Below are positions 53,648 to 64,000 of a DNA stretch of 64,000 nucleotides, piece after piece. The stretch is from the human T2T-CHM13v2.0 reference genome, Homo sapiens. The notes below the pieces were generated by a model that saw only the letters and a list, made by a program, of their open reading frames with translations, did no database searches and was not told the origin of the DNA. Positions within the stretch are counted from its first letter, which is position 1. The number at the start of each line of letters is the position of its first letter. Both the position numbers and the translations under genes were made by a program. The stretch is from NCBI RefSeq assembly GCF_009914755.1, contig NC_060925.1, one strand, 5' to 3'.

Positions 53648-54452
53648 CTGTAAAGTTGAAAGAAAAAGTTTATAACAGTGAACTTCTGAGGTTTAGTTAC
53701 TGCAGGCTTTGTTGAGAAGAGATTGTTACAGTGTGATTTATGGATGATCAGGGATGACTTTCCCCTAGCAAATATTTGGATGCCTCCTGTTTGTCAAATA
53801 GAATGAATGGTGATGGTGATGGGAGGGATAGTTAAACGTTTTCTCTGCTAGGTTAACTTCTTACAGGTATAATTACAATGCCTGAAATTCTGTAGTTTCA
53901 TTTCTTTGGATTAGTCGTTGTCTTTTCCAGATTGTACACAATCTGATCAACACAAAGGTAGTTAGTAGATCATTAACCTCAATTGCAAGGTTATAATTTC
54001 TCAAACATTAAGCATATTATCAGTCATGTGGATTCAAACACAGTATAAGAAAATCCTCAAGGCTGGGTGTGATGGCTTATGCCTGTAATCCCAGCTACTT
54101 AGCAGGCTGAGGCAGGAGTATTGTTTGAACCCAGGAGGCAGAGTTGCAGTGAGCCAAGATCGTGCCACTACTCCAGCCTGGGCAAAATAGCAAGACCCGA
54201 CCCCCCATCTCTACTAAAAAGAAATTTAAAAAAATGAAATAAAATCCTAGAAAATTAGAAAAAGCAACAATAGTTACTTGTGGGCCAGGCGCGGTGGTTC
54301 ACGCCTGTAATCCCAGCACTTTGAGAGGCTGAGGCACGTGGATCACAAGGTCAGGAGTTCAAGACCAGCCTGGCCAAGATGGTGAAACCCCGTTTCTACT
54401 AAAAATACAAAAACTAGCTGGCCGTGGTGGCATGCTCCTGTAGTCCCAGCTA

Positions 54453-54657
<205 letters not shown>

Positions 54658-55580
54658 TTATCCTTAGTTTCTTTCACGGACTCTAGAACTTTTATCAGAA
54701 TATACTGGTAAAACATTGGGGGAGGGATCCTGAGTAGGTGATTGGTCAGAAAGATGCCTTCAGTTTTGTCAGTGTCTAAAAGTTAAGTCTGTTTAGGCCA
54801 AGCATGGTGGCTCACACCTGAAATCCCAGCACTTTGGGAGGCCGAGGCAAGTGGATCACAAGGTCAGGAGATGAGACCATCTTAGCCAACATGGTGAAAC
54901 CCCGTCTCTACTAAAATACAAAAAAATTAGCCAGGCGTGGTGGTGCGTGCCTATAATCCCAGCTACTTGGGAGGCTGAGGCAGGGGAATCGCTTGAACCC
55001 GGGAGGCAGAGGTCACGCCACTGCACTCCAGCCTGGCAACAGAGCAAGACTCCGTCTCAAAAAAAAAAAAAAAAAAAGAGTAAGTCTGTGTAACATGAAC
55101 ATCTCTGCTTCCACCCAAAACCACAGCCTTTGAATATTATATAAGGAACTTAATGGATAGATATGTTTATTATTTTTGATAGCACAACTGCTTTCTCTGC
55201 TATTATAAGGAAAACTGAGAATAGCAGGTGGGTAGGGTAGGATGAGGAAACAAGATGCCCAAAGCCTAGATGCCACAGAATTCATGGTGATAATCAGGGC
55301 ATATTTTGAGTCCTACTAGAAACAAACATTCCAAATGAACTCTGAATGCCTGACTCAGGCGTTTTGGAGGTTTGGGTTATCCCCTTGTCATTAGGCACAC
55401 AAGGGTTTTTTGTTGTTTTTGTTTTTTGGGTTTTTGTTTTGTTTTGAGGCAGTCTCACTCTGTTGTACAAGCTGGAGTGCTGTATTGTGATCTTGACTCA
55501 CTGCAACCTCTGCCTCCTGGTTCAAGCGATTCTCCTGCCTTGGCCTCCTGAGTAGCTGGGATTATAAGTGCCTGCCACTA

Positions 55581-55883
<303 letters not shown>

Positions 55884-56009
55884 TTAAAAAGAGAGAGCCA
55901 TTTTCCATGTGTTTTTGGATAAGCACAATTTGAAAATCATTTCCCAAATCCTCTTTTTGTTTTTGATTCTAAGGTAAAATTTTCCCTAAGCCCTCCCACC
56001 ATCCCCTCA

Positions 56010-56222
<213 letters not shown>

Positions 56223-57799
56223 TCACATTGTCCACTCTTACTTATAAAACACTTTTTTGTTCATTGTTTAATCTTGATAGCAGTATTGAGGCTGGTATTT
56301 ATATGATAGGTTATGAAACAGGTTCAAAGAAGTTGTGTCTTGGAAAAAAAGTGACAATGCTTTTGAAAATGATGACGAAAAAGGCATCTTGTCTGTTAAC
56401 CACAGCTTGCTTTAATAGAATCCTGGGAGGGTGATTGGGACTTTTTAGTATTACAACCTTAGTGTCATTGAGGAGGATTTTGGTCTAGTTAGTGGGCTGA
56501 GTTTCATATACCTCTCCCTCCATGTGCAGGTTTGTTAAGATAATTGGTAGTTTTTAATAATATAAAATACTTAAGTTGAAATACAAAAGTGTGGCAACAA
56601 TTATTAAATATTGGCTAGAATTCTAGGAGAGTTACACAACTAGTGGAAGTCCATGTTTAGAAAATAAATGGCTTGTTTAAGGAAAAGTTTTTGTGTCCAA
56701 AGCTCCTTAAAGTCAGAGAGATTTCTACCTGGTACTTAACATCATATGGAAATTGATGCTTTAGTGAGGGTGTTGGCTATCCTATTGTCAATTTCCTGCA
56801 TCCTTTTTTCTTCTTTATTTTTGTATAGAGACAAGGTCTCGCTATGTTGCCCAGGCTGGTCTTGTTCCTGGGCTCAAGCAGTCCTCCCGCCTCGGTCTCC
56901 CAAAGTGCCGGGATTACAGGTGTGAGCCACTGTGCCCAGCTTATCCTTTTTTCATTACACAAAAAGACTGAATTTGGTTAGTTCTAAGTTGGAAGATAAA
57001 GATGGTATGCACAGGAGGCCCTTGGGAGCCCTCAGATAACTTTCTCATTCTTCCAAAATCAGGCTGGGATGCATTCTGTAAATTTTCCCTGCCTAGGATG
57101 TATACCTGAGGAATAAGGTAAGGAAGATGTCAGCAAGTCAGCCTCTGGTTTACCTGCTAGCTGGCATGGATCCTTAAGGAAGCAGGAGGGAGTTGGGAAG
57201 AGAGGAAGGGGTGAAGTTGGTATCTTTTAAAGCGAGAGTGATTTTACCTCAGATTTTGAAGAATACTAAGGAATCCAGTTGTTGGGGTACATGCTATTAT
57301 TAGAAGGATCTAGATAATTTGTCCTCTGAGTCATACTTGACATTGTACCTGTGGCACATCAATCCGCACTGTTTGATACTCTGGCTGAATCTCAGCTTTC
57401 ACCAACATTGTCAAAGGACCTTTTTTAGTGCCCAGCCATGCCTAAGAGTGTGTCATCTGAAGAGGGAAGCATCTGCATACTGCTGTCCTGATTGCTCAGT
57501 CCTCACTACCTACCAGACCCGTTGGTAAGGTACAAAAGTACATGCTTGGAAAAGCAGTCTGCACCACCAGTGATAAGCTGTGACAGAGTGGAACAGCCTC
57601 AATGAAATGAAGGAAGGATTGCTACAGTGGCATTAAGGATGGTCTCTTAATCCTGTGTTAACCACTAGATTAACTTTACAATCAACTCAAAATCCTTCAA
57701 AGGCTTTCCACTTTCTTTAGTGGCATTCAGACCCCCTCTAGTTTGACCCCTACCTCCAACTTGAACCTCTGTTACTCTTCCGTATGAACATTTTCCTCT

Positions 57800-58088
57800 A
57801 GCCCTGGACTACTAGTACCGAAGTCACTAGTCACATAGGACTCATTTGAAATATGACTAGTCTCAATTGAGATGTAATGTAAGTGTAAAATACACAGCAG
57901 ATTTCTAAGACAGCACACAAAATGTAAAATATGTCAAAAATATTTGATACTGATTACATGTTGAAATATATGTGTTGGGTTAAATAAAATGCATTAAAGT
58001 TAATTTCATCTGTTTCTTTTTTTAATAGAGCTACCAGAACATTTAAAATGACATCTGTGGCTTGCTTGCAGTGATAGACAGCACTACT
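57800..58088 (-). mobile_element. MER33 hAT-Charlie element (second fragment at about 63500-63676)
   Basis: aattgagatgt...gtaagtgtaaaatacac...gattacatgttgaaat...ttgggttaaataaaat...gacagcact match the MER33 reverse complement as I recall it. Confidence 0.8.
57983..57988 (+). terminator. Candidate RBBP4 distal polyadenylation signal (inside MER33)
   Basis: AATAAA, then ATTAAA, then U-rich ctgtttctttttt; agrees with my recollection of a multi-kb RBBP4 3'UTR. Confidence 0.55.
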
Positions 58089-58932
58089 CTAGCCTAACAA
58101 CTCAGATCTGTGTGCCTGTGTTCCTGCCACTTTTTTCACCTAGACAGCCAGTCCCTTGTTTTCTGCTGCCTTCTACCTAGATACTAATTTCTCAAGGGCC
58201 AGGACATGTCTGTCTACAGTTGCCCCAGCACTTGCATTGACAGCATTGCCAGTTTTAATTTTCTACATAGGACAAAGACAAAGAAAGGATACATTCCCCA
58301 ACTCAGGAAAAGGGGAACTGCTACAGCAATAGTAGTATAAAGTAACAGGTGCTGTGGAAACAGGAGGGTTATCTGTCGCACACTAAGGATATCGGGAAAC
58401 TTCAGGAAGAAGGGAAATGGGTTTAAAGGATGAGTAAAGAGTTAAAGGGGAAGAAGAGGTCTAATCAATGTATAGTCATGGAATTGTGGGAAAGTGGCTT
58501 ACTAGTTCATTCCTTGCAACCCTATGGATATGGGAGTATTATTAATCTCATGTTTCATGTGAGGGTGCTGAGCCACAGAGCTTAAGTAATTTGTCCAAAG
58601 TTTCCAACTTAGTGATAGAGCCAGGATTTGCCATTGGCTTAGAGCTCATACTCAAGGTAACAGGCTTTTTAGTGGTTCTCAAACTTTTCTGTGCAACCCC
58701 AAAAGCTGGCCAAATTGGAGTGCCCTTGGTACTTTTCCGTTAGAGAATAACTCCGCTTTTAACTGCTTTATATATTGCATTCTATGTAAAATTATCTGGG
58801 GGAGAAGGTCCACAGCTTTAGAGAAAACTTTAGTTTTGGAAACCACTAGTCTAAAGAATACATAAAACTGGCCAGGCACAGTGGCTCATGCCTGTAATCT
58901 CAGCATTTTGGGAGGTTGAGGCGGGTGGATCA

Positions 58933-59243
<311 letters not shown>

Positions 59244-59490
59244 TCACGAGGTCAAGAGATCAAAACCATCCCGGCCAACGTGGTGAAACCCCATCTCTAC
59301 TAAAAATACAAAAATTAGTTGGGCATGGTGGCACACGCCTGTAGTCCCAACTGCTCAGGAGGCTGAGGCAGGAGAATTGACTTGAACCCGGGAGGCAAAG
59401 GTTACAGTGAGCCAAGATTGCGCCACTGCACTCCAGCCTGGAGACAGAGCGAGGCTCCGTCTCAAAAAAAAAAAAGAAAAAAATGTTTAG

Positions 59491-60057
<567 letters not shown>

Positions 60058-60606
60058 TAACCCTGGGCAAATCACTGCTCTGCCTTACCTCTGTCTTCTT
60101 ATTTTTCAAATGCCTTATACCTAACTCATAGAGATGTAAGGACTAAAGGAATTATTTTGTGTAAAGAACTTCAAGTACATACTAGCTATTGTTGATCTAT
60201 GAAATGTCCCCTCTTTTGCCCAGGCTGGGGTAGTCATGCCTGTTTTCATCAGGACAGTGCCTTATCACTACAGCTATTACAGTGCTTATAACATTGAAAT
60301 ATGTTTAATTGATGCCAAGACTGCCACATTTTAACATCTCTGATCAGGATGCATGTTAAAATCAACAGTGCTTAGATTTTACGAAATACATTCATTTTGT
60401 CTGTTATGCTTCCTTCTGGAGTACAAACTTTTTTTAAGGCGGAGTCTTTGTCGCCCAGGCTGGAGTGCAGTGGCGCGATCTCAACCTCCACCTTGCGGGT
60501 TCAGGCAATTCTGCCTCAGCCCCCGAGTAGCTGGGATTACAGGCATGCGCCACCACGCCCGGCTAATTTTTTGTATTTTTAGTGAGACAGGGTTTCACCG
60601 TGTTAG

Positions 60607-60984
<378 letters not shown>

Positions 60985-61049
60985 TGACGTGATCCGACCG
61001 CCTCGGCCTCCCAAAGTGCTGGGATTACAGGCGTGAGCCACCTCGCCTG

Positions 61050-61091
<42 letters not shown>

Positions 61092-61097
61092 AGGTGA

Positions 61098-61301
<204 letters not shown>

Positions 61302-61549
61302 TGATCAACTGCGCCCGGCCACACATACTATTTCTAATTGCTATTGCCAGCACATAGCTCACTGCCTGGCCCACAGTAATTAGGCACTTAGAAACTGTTG
61401 AATTGATGAAGGTGATGATAGAGGCAACGTTAAGAGTGGAGTGCAGCCTAAGGATTAAAGGGACACCCTTAGGAAGTAAGCTGATGGGCCGGGCGTGGTG
61501 GCTCATGCCTGTAATCCCAGCACTTTGGGAAGCCGAGGCGGGCAGATCA

Positions 61550-61828
<279 letters not shown>

Positions 61829-62855
61829 TCAGAAAGAAAAATTAGGGACCTCAGACCTTGCTTCCTACTTTAATGATGGTATAGCAACAAGAGAAGCTAT
61901 TATACTACCAAGAGTGTATCAGGCCAGATAAAGTGGCTCACACCTGTAATCTCAGCAACTCGGGAGGCTGAGGCAGGAAGACCAAGACTTCCTCTCAATA
62001 GAGAAAGATTCATTTGATAGAGATTAGATAGACTTCTGAATATTCTTTTTAAAACTTTGTGTCATAAGATTATCTTTGGAAAACAATCCTTGGGAAGATG
62101 CACAAATCGTCAAATCTGAAACCATCTTAACCTCTTCCTTAGAGTAGCTTTCTAATTATTCTCCATTGCTCTGCATCTCTAGCCCACTTTATATCCTGCC
62201 ACCAGTACTTCTTGTAATCCCAGCACATTGGGAGGCCGAGACGGGTGGATCACGAGGTCAGGAGTTGGAGACCAACCTGGCCAAGATGGTGAAGCCCCAT
62301 CTCTACTAAAAATACAAAAATTAGCGAGGCCTGGTGGCGGGCACCTGTAATCCCAGCTACTTGGGAGGCTGAGGCAGGAGAATCACTTGACCCAGGAGGC
62401 GGAGATTTCGGTGAGCCAAGATCATGCCACTGCACTCTAGCCTGAGTGACAGAGCAAGACTCCATCTCCAAAGAAAAAAAAAAAAAAAAGTAGAGAGGCA
62501 GGCAGTGGCTCAAGCCTGTAATCCCAGCACTTTGGGAGGCCGAGCCAGGCAGATCACCTGAGGTCAGGAGTTCAAGACCAGCTGGCTAACATGGTAAAAC
62601 TTCATCTCTACCAAAAACACGAAAATTAGGGCCGGGCGTGGTGACTCATGCCTGTAATCCCAGCACTTTGGGAGGCCGAGGCAGGCAGACTGCCTGAGCT
62701 CAGGAGTTCAAGACCATCCTGGGCAATACGGTGAAACCCCGTCCCTACTATACAAACAATTGGCCGGGCTCAGTGGCTCACACCTATAATCCCAGTACTT
62801 TGGGAGGCCGAGGCAGGTGGATCATGAGGTCAGGAGATCAAGACCATCCTGGCTA

Positions 62856-63447
<592 letters not shown>

Positions 63448-64000
63448 CTACTGAATAAAGTCCAAAACTCAAGCTTGTCACCTGCAGCCAAGTTACTAAT
63501 TATATTTCAGATATGTTGAGTTAGATAAAATATATTTAAATTAATTTTACCTATATCTTTTCTCCCCTGCTCCCCTCAGGCTTAGCTCAGCTGAATTTTT
63601 GCCTATTTTAATGTGGCTATTAGAAAATTTGTAATTATTTATGTGACTTGCATCATATTTCTGTTGGGCAGCACTGGTCTAGATTCTCCCTATGCTTTCA
63701 TACCTAGCTCAAATTCCACCTCTTTTTTCATGAAGAGTTCTCTGATTTAACCAGCGCCTAAAAATAATCTATCCCGGCCGGGCGCAGTGGCTCATGCCTG
63801 TAATCCCAGCACTTTGAGAGGCGAGGCGGGCGGATCACAAGATCAGGAGATCGAGACCATCCTGGCTAACACGGTGAAACCCCGTCTCTATTAAAAATGC
63901 AAAAAATTAGCCTGGTGTGGTGGCGGGCGCCTGCAATCCCAGCTACTCGGGAGGCTGAGGCAGGACAATGGCGCGAACCCGGGAGGCAGAGCTTGCAGTG

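Overview
Human (or very close primate) genomic DNA, extremely Alu-rich, containing the ZBTB8OS - RBBP4 - SYNC locus. (1) ZBTB8OS (archease, RTCB tRNA-ligase cofactor), minus strand: coding exons 1-5 lie at 22309 down to 2603, and the last exons are left of the window. (2) RBBP4 (RbAp48 histone chaperone, WD40), plus strand: complete. I assembled 12 coding exons (23087-51492) with GT-AG boundaries and consistent phases, giving 1278 nt and 425 aa. It shares a bidirectional CpG-island promoter with ZBTB8OS. (3) SYNC (syncoilin), minus strand: its last three coding exons lie antisense inside the long RBBP4 3'UTR. The introns hold many Alus, solo LTRs (LTR8, MER4A, LTR6, LTR13A, MER21-like), DNA transposon relics (Charlie1a, MER1A, MER2, Tigger1, MER85, MER33) and two Y-RNA retropseudogenes. 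Almost every ORF in the supplied track is Alu-derived noise. I see no foreign or new protein-coding system. The most interesting features concern RNA processing: face-to-face RBBP4/SYNC polyA signals, an alternative-polyA switch that would control the antisense overlap, a dual-frame SYNC last exon, an alternative RBBP4 C-terminus hidden in the 3'UTR, and inverted Alus. Gene and repeat family names come from remembered sequences, not from a database search.
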